Shown here one piece after another: positions 45,964 through 55,716 of a stretch of 64,000 nt of DNA. The position numbers and the translations under genes are program-made. The DNA comes from a virus (Duplodnaviria > Caudoviricetes): the IMG/VR virus record IMGVR_UViG_3300020148_000032. One strand, written 5' to 3'. Position 1 is the first letter of the stretch. Every line of letters begins with the position of its first letter. Below the pieces are notes generated by a model. That model was not told the DNA's origin and ran no database searches. It saw only the letters and a program-made list of their open reading frames with translations.

Positions 45964-46039
45964 ATAGGAGGCCACCGAGAAGGAGTTTTCTACTGGAAGG
46001 CTTCAGTTGCTCTGAAAACATATTTCAAAATAACGAGAG

Positions 46040-46112
46040 CACCCGTAGAGGGATTCGAACCCCCGACACGCAGATTAGAAGCCTGCTGCTCTATCCACTG
46101 AGCTATACGGGC
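46040..46112 (-). tRNA. tRNA-Arg(TCT)
   Basis: GCAGG-CTTCTAA-TCTGC. Confidence 0.93.
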
Positions 46113-46125
46113 AAGATGTGTTACG

Positions 46126-46200
46126 TCGGGGTAACAGGATTTGAACCTGTGACTCCTCGGTCCCAAACCGAGTGCTCTGGCCAAACTGAGCTACACCCCG
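46126..46200 (-). tRNA. tRNA-Pro(TGG)
   Basis: CTCGG-TTTGGGA-CCGAG. Confidence 0.93.
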
Positions 46201-46224
46201 TTAAGATGTTTATATTATTGGGAG

Positions 46225-46297
46225 TGCCTCCGGTGAGACTCGAACTCACACTGAATCGATTTTAAGTCGACTTCCTCTGCCATTGGGATACGAAGGC
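46225..46297 (-). tRNA. tRNA-Leu(TAA), short variable loop
   Basis: GTCGA-CTTAAAA-TCGAT. Confidence 0.9.
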
Positions 46298-46577
46298 AAG
46301 ATGGTGTCATATGTTTAGATCTTTAGGTTGTCACATATGACACATCAGAATTTGGCTTTTTCAATAACTCAACCTTGAAGATCGTTATTGAGCACAAGCT
46401 CTGACTAAAATCATATTTATAGTCCGCATAAGCGGCGCCCCCTAAGATTCTCATCCTCAAGATGAGCATTGCTCTTAACAGACACGGATTTTCCTATCGA
46501 CGGCACCCTCCGATTGGGGCAGGAACTGCTTCCCTGGCATGCCTAGCCAGACTTCTTTTATTTAATTTATATTTAAT

Positions 46578-46606
46578 ACTATATCATGTTTCAAAATGTT
46601 TTGCAA
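46578..46606 (-). promoter_or_regulatory. Sigma70-type promoter heading the tRNA array
   Basis: TTGCAA-N17-TATAGT with TGn extension; similar to the promoter of the tRNA(CUA) unit. Confidence 0.8.
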
Positions 46607-47127
46607 CCTTTAATTCATTTTATAGCATTTGTGTCCCCACCGAAGTGGTTCAACAGTTTCCAATTTTAACCAATTTTTTAGAGTTTGCCAACATTTTTTC
46701 ATTTTATTTTTCCTCGTCACCAACTCGGCGAGTCCTAAGAAAAAGATGAAATAATGCGACTAATCTTTATTGATTTATTAAGGTAAGTATTACGGTAACA
46801 CATTAATCACGCTCAGTCAAACTGTAGCGCGGGGATTTTCGGGTAGTGTTTGAACCCTAGTTTTTAGATTATCGACGATGCCCTAAAATCGATCCCTGGC
46901 AGATATCTCCTGTTGGATACATCCCATTCTCGAGTTTAGGCTGTCTAAAGGAGACGGCAGGCTTATTCAAGCCACTTTCAATGATGTGTTGCGATTGAAT
47001 CATCATTTCCAGTCTCCTTTCGTTTCTCAAATAATATCAGGAAAATATCCTGTATTAATATTTTAACAAACTTTCTAACGAATTATTCTTGATTGTTAAA
47101 AAACTTTAGTAATATCAGGAAAAGTTT

Positions 47128-48912
47128 CTAACTTAATCTATTAGGTGGAGTAGTACGAGCAGCGGCTTCTCTAAAGATGGCCTCTAATTCTGAAGCGTCT
47201 TTTATAGAGCTACCAAGCATTGACTTCATGTTAGCCGTCTTATTAGTATAACTGTCAACAATTCTTTCCTCAACAGTTCTCATAATGTATGGGAAGTAAG
47301 CAATAGAATTAGTACCATCACGGTGAGCTCGACCTAATGACTGTTCAGTGTCAAGATTATTTTGACGAATATCATGAATAATAGTAATCCTTGGAGTACT
47401 CGTTGCTTTAGTTCCATCAGGGAGAATTTCGTCTTGGTGAAGACTGATGGCAGCAACAACAGTACAAAGAACTACATCGTAACGTCCTTTTTGGAAATCA
47501 ATACGAATCTGATCTTTTTCTTTAGAAGTCCTACCAGAAATCTCAGCAACTTTAATTCCTGCTTTTTCAAGAACTTCTCTATATTTATCAACAGTCTCAA
47601 GGAACTCGCATGAAATATAAACTTGATTACCATTTTCTACAAATTCAATAACCTTGTCAGACATCGCTTCTACTTTTAATAGAGAGGACTTTTGGCGATA
47701 CCTAAGTGTTTCCACGAGGGCGCCCTTAGGGTCTGACTTAGCAGGAGTGAGACGCAACCACGCACGGAATCTTGACCATGCTTCCTCATAAATAGGGTAC
47801 TGTTTAGAAGTAAGTTCAATTGGGAACGGGATTGCTTGCTGCTCAGGCCAACCAGCAATATCTTTAGGACTTCTTGCAATAAAAGGAGCGCTAGGTGATA
47901 ACAATGCTTGGCCTATACGTCGAGCATCTTTCCTTTGTATCTCTTTATTTTTCTTAAGAGCTGCTTCATAACGAGCTTGCTTTACAGGGTCATCTGAATT
48001 CTTGTCATACCAAGGAAGAGTAGCCCAAGTGTAATTAGTTTTATTTTTCTTTACGGCAAACCCTTCAGATTCTAAGAAAGCTCCCCACATATCAGGGGTA
48101 ACCTTATCAGCGCCGGGCGCTCTAGAAAGTAGCCTTGCCATCATGTTACTCATGAGAGCAAAATTAAGTGGAGTCGCTCCTGGAGTCGCTGAAGAGTAAA
48201 TCACGAAAGGTGACTGTTCGATTTTGTAAGGTTTATTAAGTTTTGCTACAGATACTGCTGCAAGGCTTGCCCTTGACATTGGATAATTCTTTAAATATTG
48301 TGACTCGTCAAAAACAATGAAATCCCAATCAATAGTAGGTTTACCTGATTTAGCAACCTGTCGATTACGAGTCCTAGTCTTTTTAGCAACTCTAGCATTA
48401 GCGGGAGCAGCTAGTAATTTGTTTAACTGTTCATAATTCACAATCAAGGGTCTCGTTAAAGCTGTTGAAATAGGATAATTATGTATTGTTTGACGCCACT
48501 GTGGCATAGCGTTTTTTGGACAAACAATAAGAAGTTTAGCTTTATTTTGGGGTTCGAAACCTCTTTTTTTAGCAATTGCAGTAACTCCAGAAAGAGTGGA
48601 AAGGGTTTTACCTAAGCCAGTTTTGTCGGCCATTAAGAAAGACGGCCAACCTTCAAAATAGGCTTTATAAATCTTCTTTGCAGCATCTTTTTGATGATCT
48701 CTAGGAGTAAAAGTTACTGAACCTTTCTCTGGAGGTAACACTTGACCGTTAAGCTCATCTTCTCTCCAACGCGCATAAGAAAAATCTAGAGCTCTAAATC
48801 TTCTTAATTCTTTTGGAAGTATGGAGCCCTCAAAGACGTGAATTTTATCTTTACCCCAATATTTTACTTTAGGGTGTTTATAGCCCCAAGGTAGGTCAAG
48901 TGTGTATCTCAA
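47128..48912 (-). CDS. SF2 (SNF2-like) helicase
   Basis: DKTGLGKT, VFDESQ, SATP, ISLH, QSLGRAHRDG. Confidence 0.88.
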   Translation of the reverse strand: MRYTLDLPWGYKHPKVKYWGKDKIHVFEGSILPKELRRFRALDFSYARWREDELNGQVLPPEKGSVTFTPRDHQKDAAKKIYKAYFEGWPSFLMADKTGLGKTLSTLSGVTAIAKKRGFEPQNKAKLLIVCPKNAMPQWRQTIHNYPISTALTRPLIVNYEQLNKLLAAPANARVAKKTRTRNRQVAKSGKPTIDWDFIVFDESQYLKNYPMSRASLAAVSVAKLNKPYKIEQSPFVIYSSATPGATPLNFALMSNMMARLLSRAPGADKVTPDMWGAFLESEGFAVKKNKTNYTWATLPWYDKNSDDPVKQARYEAALKKNKEIQRKDARRIGQALLSPSAPFIARSPKDIAGWPEQQAIPFPIELTSKQYPIYEEAWSRFRAWLRLTPAKSDPKGALVETLRYRQKSSLLKVEAMSDKVIEFVENGNQVYISCEFLETVDKYREVLEKAGIKVAEISGRTSKEKDQIRIDFQKGRYDVVLCTVVAAISLHQDEILPDGTKATSTPRITIIHDIRQNNLDTEQSLGRAHRDGTNSIAYFPYIMRTVEERIVDSYTNKTANMKSMLGSSIKDASELEAIFREAAARTTPPNRLS

Positions 48913-49209
48913 TTCGCTGTCCTTTAAAGTCTAGTAGAACTCATAATGACTGATTGCATATCAGGCGTTATGAAGAAAGTAATAAATAATGGTATAGCAA
49001 TAATGGTCAATGAAGCTACAAGTATTATTTTGTGAATTTTACTCATTTTTATTCCTCCCAATCAAAAGTTCCGTAATTACCATTATGAATTTCAACTGCG
49101 GCCTGATCAGAGTTATGATAATACCCATTAGAATAATTCGTATAACCAGGAGGTTTTATCTCTGTAGGAGTAGGAGGTTGAGAAACTTCATTCATTCCAT
49201 TATTAAAAG

Positions 49210-49500
49210 TCATTCCTCTTCCTTTACTATTTTAAGAGAGTAATTCTCAAAATGCCATAATTTATTTAAAAGATACTCATCGTTTACTTTATACAAATAT
49301 GTATCAATAGAGTTAACACTAAGTTCTATTGCTTCGTGAATCCTCTCACCAACAGTGAAGTTATTCCTGACAACATGTGTTGACTTATTACTAATATCGG
49401 ACTTGAAGCGATCAAGTAAAGATTGTCTTACCTCACCCGAAGACAGTCCTGTTTCAACAGTTTCTTCAATTCCATCTTTAATTCTTATTACATTAAACAT
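49210..49500 (-). CDS. Hypothetical protein
   Basis: ORF coupled to the upstream stop. Confidence 0.7.
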   Translation of the reverse strand: MFNVIRIKDGIEETVETGLSSGEVRQSLLDRFKSDISNKSTHVVRNNFTVGERIHEAIELSVNSIDTYLYKVNDEYLLNKLWHFENYSLKIVKEEE

Positions 49501-50285
49501 TATGATACACCCAGAATATAATTAGTAAAAGCATTCGGATTATTAATATCGACCAATGAATCATCTACCATTACATCATCAACATAAATAAGTGGAAGAT
49601 GAACATTACCATTCAAACGTGGATCATTACCTACAGTAAGCAACCAATTAACGAAACTTCCAGAAGAAATAGAATCAGATGTGACTGTTGAAATCCCAAA
49701 ACTTTGAGCAGAATTCACTAATTGTTCTGAAATAACTCCCGAATCATCAGTCACCACAGTAGCACTAGTTTTTAATAATTGAATAAAATAATCCCAAGCC
49801 ATATTAGGTTGAGCCGAAGCACCCTCAGCAAAGGCCTCAGCAGCATAAATAGAAAGAGCTCCATTACTTGTTGTAATATAAACCTTCAAAGTAATAGTTC
49901 CCGATTCAACAAGAGCCTTAAGACTAATTTGATTTTGTAAAATAAAATCACGAGATTGTTGCTCAGCAAAGTCAACAAAAACTTCAACAGTCTTACCAGA
50001 TGAAGAACTTCCATTTGTAAAAATAAAAGAGGCAGGATATGTCACATCTGAACCTACCCCAAGAGCCTTATTATCGAAAGAAGCATTATCAACAGTTTGA
50101 GAATTAAGAACAAGAACATCACTGTTTTCAAGAGTAATATCTTTACTGAAATTAGTTAAAGAGTCTAAAAAGTCTTGTGCCTTACTCTCAGCCACAAGAG
50201 GACTCACTACAAAATGTACTAGAATAGCAAGAAGTATTGCTCCAATAGTCCCAAAAATTGCAAACAAACTCATTTTCTTATTCAT
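49500..50285 (-). CDS. Membrane-anchored DsbA/thioredoxin-like protein lacking CxxC
   Basis: N-terminal TM; TVEVFVDFAEQQSRDF sits where D..CP.C..F normally occurs. Confidence 0.55.
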   Translation of the reverse strand: MNKKMSLFAIFGTIGAILLAILVHFVVSPLVAESKAQDFLDSLTNFSKDITLENSDVLVLNSQTVDNASFDNKALGVGSDVTYPASFIFTNGSSSSGKTVEVFVDFAEQQSRDFILQNQISLKALVESGTITLKVYITTSNGALSIYAAEAFAEGASAQPNMAWDYFIQLLKTSATVVTDDSGVISEQLVNSAQSFGISTVTSDSISSGSFVNWLLTVGNDPRLNGNVHLPLIYVDDVMVDDSLVDINNPNAFTNYILGVS

Positions 50286-51535
50286 TAATTTACCTCATTA
50301 GTATCAAGCGTTGATTCTTGCCCAGAGCGAACAAAATCACGCGCGCGAACCTTAACTTTCTCTTGAATCTTTGAATCAATATCTTTATACACTTCAGATG
50401 ATTTCACCCAATTATCATAGAAAGTCACTACGTCTCCCATGTCGGTAAGTGTGGTAGATGCATTCTTAATTTCTTCAATTTCTTTCACATCATTAATGAC
50501 TTTGATAGACCAATTCATTGCATGTTGTGATTGAGTATTAATATTCTTCAAATCAAGTGAAGCGTACTTAGCAGGAGATAAGTTAATAATCCTCTGACGT
50601 AACATTGGAGCATCATCAAGAACAAAATTAACACCATCAGTCTGAGTATTCTTCAAATTAGAAATAACAAGATCAGTCACTTCTTGAGAATTAAGAGTTT
50701 TAGCATCAATAATTGGGAAATCTAATTGTGTGCGCTGAGGAAGAGCAACATGTTCTGGAGTAAACTTACCACTGGAATCAATATTCCAAAGAGTCCAACC
50801 GCGACCTAAAGGAACTTCCTTATCACTGAAACCTCTGCGGATAGTTGATCCGTTATAATAAATCTTCTTATTAAGGGTGTCCCTTTTACCGTCCTTAGAG
50901 CCAACCCAGCCACGTTCATGAATATGCCCGAGTAGCATATAATCCCACTCGAAATCATGCAAAAGGAAATCAGGAATAACAATTTCTCTAGGAGACTGGT
51001 CAGTATGGAGTTTCTCTTTTAACAATGGATCAATACAACTACCATGAGTGGAGAAAATATTAATATTTTCGTCTTTAGGGCGAACTTCTTTCATTGTTTC
51101 AGCTTGTTCTGAATACATATGATGAGAAATCATATGAAGAAGAATGCCGTCTCCAATTTCATGAACTACATAAGGTTCAACATGAGAGTAAATCTTTCTG
51201 AAAGGGTCATCAAGGATCTTACTTCCGGCAATGTCTGCACGAATATCGTTTGTGTCATGATTTCCTGCAAGTATATAGACTAGAATGTTCGCATCAGCAA
51301 GCCGCCTAAATTGTTCTTGAGCAAAAACGACAGCGCGCACCTCAGGAGAAGGCGAATGAAAAATGTCTCCAGCAACAACAACAGCATCAACTTCTCTCTC
51401 AATTACTTGATCAATAATTTGAGAAAAAATACGATACCCGTCAGCCTCCCTCACATTAATACCGTCTGGAGTTAGGCGACGAGTTGACTTATATCCTAAA
51501 TGAAGATCACTCAAATGTCCTAATTTGAAACCCAT
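50285..51535 (-). CDS. Mre11/SbcD-like metallophosphoesterase nuclease
   Basis: HLSDLHLG, AGDIFH, AGNHD, STHG, LGHIH, YNGS. Confidence 0.9.
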   Translation of the reverse strand: MGFKLGHLSDLHLGYKSTRRLTPDGINVREADGYRIFSQIIDQVIEREVDAVVVAGDIFHSPSPEVRAVVFAQEQFRRLADANILVYILAGNHDTNDIRADIAGSKILDDPFRKIYSHVEPYVVHEIGDGILLHMISHHMYSEQAETMKEVRPKDENINIFSTHGSCIDPLLKEKLHTDQSPREIVIPDFLLHDFEWDYMLLGHIHERGWVGSKDGKRDTLNKKIYYNGSTIRRGFSDKEVPLGRGWTLWNIDSSGKFTPEHVALPQRTQLDFPIIDAKTLNSQEVTDLVISNLKNTQTDGVNFVLDDAPMLRQRIINLSPAKYASLDLKNINTQSQHAMNWSIKVINDVKEIEEIKNASTTLTDMGDVVTFYDNWVKSSEVYKDIDSKIQEKVKVRARDFVRSGQESTLDTNEVN

Positions 51536-51572
51536 AAATTCTTACATCCTCTTCTAAAGAAATGTTCATAAT

Positions 51573-51968
51573 CTATTTTAACAAAATCGACTTTAGATAT
51601 TCAGTTTTTTCTTCTTCATTCAAAAGCCTCCACTCATCTTCCCAAATATGATAAAGTGTAATATTAAGACTTTTACAAAGGAGGGTTTTATATGCTTCTT
51701 TAGAGTCAAATGTATGAGATTTGAGATCATTTAACCAAAGAGTTTTATCATGCCAATGATTCCCATTGTACTCTATTGCTTTATTAAGTTGTGGAAGGTA
51801 AAAGTCTAACTCTTTACCAGAAAGTATTTTTCTATCAGAGCATATGTGATTGATTTTAAGCTCATGTAACAATGAAGAAATAACTTTTTCCTCCTTAGAA
51901 TGAGAAATAAACATATTAGGATAAGTCTTTCCATAAACTTCTTCGTTAGTTCTTCTAATCTTGCTCAT
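51573..51968 (-). CDS. PD-(D/E)xK endonuclease (open frame extends upstream to 52142)
   Basis: ELDFYLPQLNKAIEYNGNHWH...IWEDEW. Confidence 0.8.
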   Translation of the reverse strand: MSKIRRTNEEVYGKTYPNMFISHSKEEKVISSLLHELKINHICSDRKILSGKELDFYLPQLNKAIEYNGNHWHDKTLWLNDLKSHTFDSKEAYKTLLCKSLNITLYHIWEDEWRLLNEEEKTEYLKSILLK

Positions 51969-52142
51969 TTTGTCATTTTTTATTTTATGCGAATCTTTCG
52001 ATAACTGATATAAAGAAAGAGCTCTTCTAATAACTATATGACCAATACCATGAATTTTGTATAGATCTACGAAAGAGTTATCACTATTAATATAATTTTC
52101 AAGTAGCCACTCTCTATCAATAAGGGGTTTTTCATACCTTCC

Positions 52143-52757
52143 CTACACTTCACTTTTTATGGTGAATGGGTAGAAGACGAGCGATCTTAAATTTATGGTT
52201 TCTTGCATTGAATCACTGTTTGTTGAATCTTTTTCATAGTAGATTCTTAAACCTACGATGATTGAGGAATCTTTTCCTTTTAGTTCTACTGGCGTATATC
52301 CATTGTTTGTTATTTTCTTATCGTTTTGTGGAAGTGAATGATAAAAGAGTATTGGAATAGAGTCATTAATGTTGATCCATTCTGAGTCATTTATTTTATA
52401 GTCTAATTCGATCACTTCAGGTATTGAGTTTCTATCTGTCATCACTACTCCTACATCTGCTAAAGCGTATTTACCAACGAGCTCTGCATTGAGTGTAAAT
52501 TGACTTATGAGTGTGTCACCTGGAGATATTCTGAAATCATCTATGTCTGTCAGCGGAATATATAACTGATAATCGTTTTGGTTTTTGAGTCCATTGTTTA
52601 AAGATGCATCAAACCATTTTTGTTCTTTGAGTGTAAAGTCTAATCGCCCAGCTTTAGTGCCATTTTGTGGCCCTGAGAGGATTAATTGTGTTGGAATTAA
52701 GAGAGATAGGAAAAGAAAAAGAGCCATTATAAAGTATATATGATAGCTCTTTTTCAT
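52143..52757 (-). CDS. Secreted TasA/alternate-signal-peptide-like protein
   Basis: N-terminal hydrophobic segment; AGRLDFTL and ISPGDTL motifs. Confidence 0.5.
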   Translation of the reverse strand: MKKSYHIYFIMALFLFLSLLIPTQLILSGPQNGTKAGRLDFTLKEQKWFDASLNNGLKNQNDYQLYIPLTDIDDFRISPGDTLISQFTLNAELVGKYALADVGVVMTDRNSIPEVIELDYKINDSEWININDSIPILFYHSLPQNDKKITNNGYTPVELKGKDSSIIVGLRIYYEKDSTNSDSMQETINLRSLVFYPFTIKSEV

Positions 52758-52858
52758 GTTTCGCTTCCTTATAAAATAATGTGATGAAATATCAGATTAT
52801 TGAGTAAGTATACTGAGAGTAGAATCAATGGGCATAGTTTTATTATCAGCTCTTGCTC

Positions 52859-52897
52859 TTTACTCGAGTCTCATCGCTTACATGAGACTCGAGTAAA
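52859..52897. terminator. Intrinsic terminator
   Basis: tttactcgagtctcat / atgagactcgagtaaa. Confidence 0.8.
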
Positions 52898-52903
52898 TGA
52901 GGG

Positions 52904-53476
52904 TTAAGAAAGATCGAATCGGTGCTGGCGAGTGTACTCGCTCATGATAACAGCCGCCGCCTGAGCGATGTTAATTGATCGTACCGCACCACGCTGGGGA
53001 ATATAGACCATTCCATCACAAAGATCAATAGCCTCCTTTGAAAGACCTGCCTGCTCCTCACCATAAAGGAAGGCCGACTTCTCGGGGAACTCAACATCAT
53101 AGAGAACCTTGGGGTCATACTCAAGAATATTGTCAACTGCATAAACCGTGTATCCCTCGGAATGAAGGGACTCGATCACCGGCTCGAGAGTCTCCGAATG
53201 CTGAATCCACTCGTAGTGATGCATTCCAACAGTTCCACGACGATCATAACGCCTACCGCCGACAAGGATCACGCGCTCTCCAAGGAATGCGTTATTAGCG
53301 CGAATAACTGAGGACTTGTTGAAGTCTGAAGAGAGGTTCATACAGATGTTCACGAGAGGCATTCGGCCAGAGTCGAGCGCCTCGCGAATTTGGTCTGTTT
53401 CCATGTTCATGAACTGGCTCATTACATTCTTGGTGTTGCTTCCAGAATCATCGTAAGTGATGGTATCGAGAGTCAT
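52904..53476 (-). CDS. TrmH/SpoU-family RNA 2'-O-methyltransferase
   Basis: N.SSVIRANNAF, LYGEEQAGLS, IPQRGAVRSINIAQAAAVIMSE. Confidence 0.9.
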   Translation of the reverse strand: MTLDTITYDDSGSNTKNVMSQFMNMETDQIREALDSGRMPLVNICMNLSSDFNKSSVIRANNAFLGERVILVGGRRYDRRGTVGMHHYEWIQHSETLEPVIESLHSEGYTVYAVDNILEYDPKVLYDVEFPEKSAFLYGEEQAGLSKEAIDLCDGMVYIPQRGAVRSINIAQAAAVIMSEYTRQHRFDLS

Positions 53477-53550
53477 GAGGTGGAACCTTTCATTGAAGAA
53501 GTATTGAATAGGTTTACTATAATATAAATCTCATGAAAAGTCAAAAGTTT

Positions 53551-54552
53551 TTAGTATCTACTAACGCTATATCCTTTTTGATACCAAGAAACTGGATCGA
53601 CAACAACGCCTCGAGCTGGATTAGCAGCATGAACCACTAGTCCGTCACCTATATAAATAGCAATGTGACCATAATTCCATACTAGGTCACCAGGTTGAAT
53701 ATTATCCCAAGATACTGGAGTTCCATTTTTACCTTGTGTTGTGGCGGTACGAGAAACGCTTACTCCCGTTTGTGCGAATGCCCATTGAACAAGCCCAGAG
53801 CAATCAAAACTGTTAGGCCCAGCGCCTCCACTTACGTAAGAACTCCCTACCTTTGATAGGGCAACATTAGCAAAAGAGCTTGAACTTGAGTAATTATAAC
53901 CTGTAGCTGTAGCTGGAATGTTTTTAGGAGCTGAAGAAACGGCAGGTAAATCTTTAGTACCAACATTAATCACTGTTACAGTTGGTTGGGTCATAATAAT
54001 GAGGTTCTCAGTAATATTTTCTTCAAGTTCAGAATTAGTCGAATTTTTAGTGTAAAGTGTTGTTTTAATAGCGACTCCATCTACACCTTGAGTGACAATT
54101 TTTTCTTCACCTTTAAAAAGTGTAGAATCATCATGCTTTTCTATTGGTGAAGGAATAATAATTTGTTCTGAGGTTCCCTTCACTTCTTGTTTAAAAAGAG
54201 CAATAAATTGTCCACTTTCAAGAATTAATGATTCTTCTAAAGTGAGATTATTAGAAGTTCTATAAAGATCTGGATTAAGATCGTAGCTCTTGAGGAAAGA
54301 ATAAACGTTTACTTCTTCATTAGTGGTAAGTAAACGAGTTCCTTCGGAATCAGTAATCGAAATGGTAGCGTCTTTGAGGGTGGTGGTTGCTTCTATATCT
54401 GACAATTTTTCGCCGATTCCTAAGAATGGATCAGAATTATTCTGATTCGTTGGAGTGTCTGAATACCCAGCTCCTTGAGCTGAAGCGGTTGGGAAATAGA
54501 GCGGGCTTGAAATAATCAAAATAGCCAACGCTGTTAATAATACTTTTTTCAT
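53551..54552 (-). CDS. Secreted G5 + NlpC/P60 peptidoglycan hydrolase
   Basis: Signal peptide; L.KGEEKIV.QGVDG...VGTK; GPNSFDCSGLVQWAF, GHIAIYIG, HAAN. Confidence 0.9.
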   Translation of the reverse strand: MKKVLLTALAILIISSPLYFPTASAQGAGYSDTPTNQNNSDPFLGIGEKLSDIEATTTLKDATISITDSEGTRLLTTNEEVNVYSFLKSYDLNPDLYRTSNNLTLEESLILESGQFIALFKQEVKGTSEQIIIPSPIEKHDDSTLFKGEEKIVTQGVDGVAIKTTLYTKNSTNSELEENITENLIIMTQPTVTVINVGTKDLPAVSSAPKNIPATATGYNYSSSSSFANVALSKVGSSYVSGGAGPNSFDCSGLVQWAFAQTGVSVSRTATTQGKNGTPVSWDNIQPGDLVWNYGHIAIYIGDGLVVHAANPARGVVVDPVSWYQKGYSVSRY

Positions 54553-54686
54553 AGTCTCACTAGAAATACTTTACTACTCTCATAGTAAAGTATTATTCCT
54601 CTCGGTTCGGAGTTACCCTTAGCATTAAGTAACTAGTTTAGTTTACGTGTTTACAAATAAAACTTACTTTTCCAATATCGGTATTT

Positions 54687-55658
54687 TTAACCTTCAGGTA
54701 TTGAAACAATAATGACTATATTGGAATCACTGTTTGTTAACGCTCCAACTGCAGGAACAATTTGTGTTACTTGTTCAGAATCAACAGAACTAGTATTTAC
54801 TTTTACAGTCGTAATATTCTTAAATCCTAATAAGGCTAGAGTTGTTTGAGCGTCAGTAGAGTTTTTACCAATAACGTCTGGAATTTCTATAGCAACAGAA
54901 TCAACATATTTAGATACTGTTACGATAATCTCATTTGTATCGTGCTCTCCATCAGTTGGAGTTTGTCTTAGGACAACACCTGATGGAATATCACTTTCCT
55001 CCTCGATGAAAGTGACTGAAAGGTTTAGTTCTTGAGCTTCAGCTTCAACAAATTCTTGAGATTTCCCTACCCAATCAGGAATGTTAATCACACCGTTGCT
55101 GAGATAAAGAGTTACATCATCACCACTCGAGATTTTCTCCCCAACTTCGACGGAAGCTTTGACTACTCTATCTTTTGAAAGTCCTCCCTCGGAAATATAT
55201 TCAATATGTGAAATACCAACTCCAAGGTCATACAACTTCTTTTTTGCATCATCTGAACTTAACCCAGTAAGATCAGGCATTCGTGATTCTTCAGGACCTG
55301 AGCTATAAGTTAAAGTAATAGTCGTTCCTTTTGTTGTGTATTCGCCTACTTCGACGGACTGATTAATAAGTGATCCATTATAAAGGTTATCACTACTTAC
55401 TTTTTGAATTTCACATTTTAAACCGATTTCAGTAAAATTAGCGCACGGATCCTTTGTTTCGGAATATGAAATATAAGACATTGCGGATGGAACTTTTACA
55501 TAGAGTTGTGCAATTGTAAAGAAGGTAGCAATGAGTACAAGAAGCCCAATGATAATAAACTTATAACGAAGAGCTATTCTGAGAAACTTATTCTTTTCTT
55601 TTAGCTGAGGTATCTCACCAGAAAATGGGTTAGAAAGATTATCTTTTGCATGAGACAT
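54687..55658 (-). CDS. Membrane-anchored tandem PASTA-domain protein without a kinase domain
   Basis: TM followed by 4 repeats starting VP/MPDLTG/IPDWVG/IPDVIG. Confidence 0.85.
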   Translation of the reverse strand: MSHAKDNLSNPFSGEIPQLKEKNKFLRIALRYKFIIIGLLVLIATFFTIAQLYVKVPSAMSYISYSETKDPCANFTEIGLKCEIQKVSSDNLYNGSLINQSVEVGEYTTKGTTITLTYSSGPEESRMPDLTGLSSDDAKKKLYDLGVGISHIEYISEGGLSKDRVVKASVEVGEKISSGDDVTLYLSNGVINIPDWVGKSQEFVEAEAQELNLSVTFIEEESDIPSGVVLRQTPTDGEHDTNEIIVTVSKYVDSVAIEIPDVIGKNSTDAQTTLALLGFKNITTVKVNTSSVDSEQVTQIVPAVGALTNSDSNIVIIVSIPEG

Positions 55659-55716
55659 ATGTTAAGTATCCTTTTGTTGTTTTGATGAACATTAAGTTTA
55701 TTTTACCAAAAAGACA

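Noticed and set aside
46500-46552. SRP RNA (GGAAGCAG on the minus strand)
   Set aside because: Lacks the CAGG-stem-GNRA-stem-AGCAG helix 8 geometry.
31486-46749. Short ORF-track entries overlapping tRNAs (e.g. 31486, 31756, 32709, 34602, 35069, 35725, 40513, 40948, 41747, 45021, 45990)
   Set aside because: They are translations of tRNA genes or their antisense strands.
54553-54680. c-di-AMP (ydaO) riboswitch upstream of the NlpC/P60 gene
   Set aside because: Only a short CCGAACC resemblance and one AT-rich hairpin; core motifs are missing.
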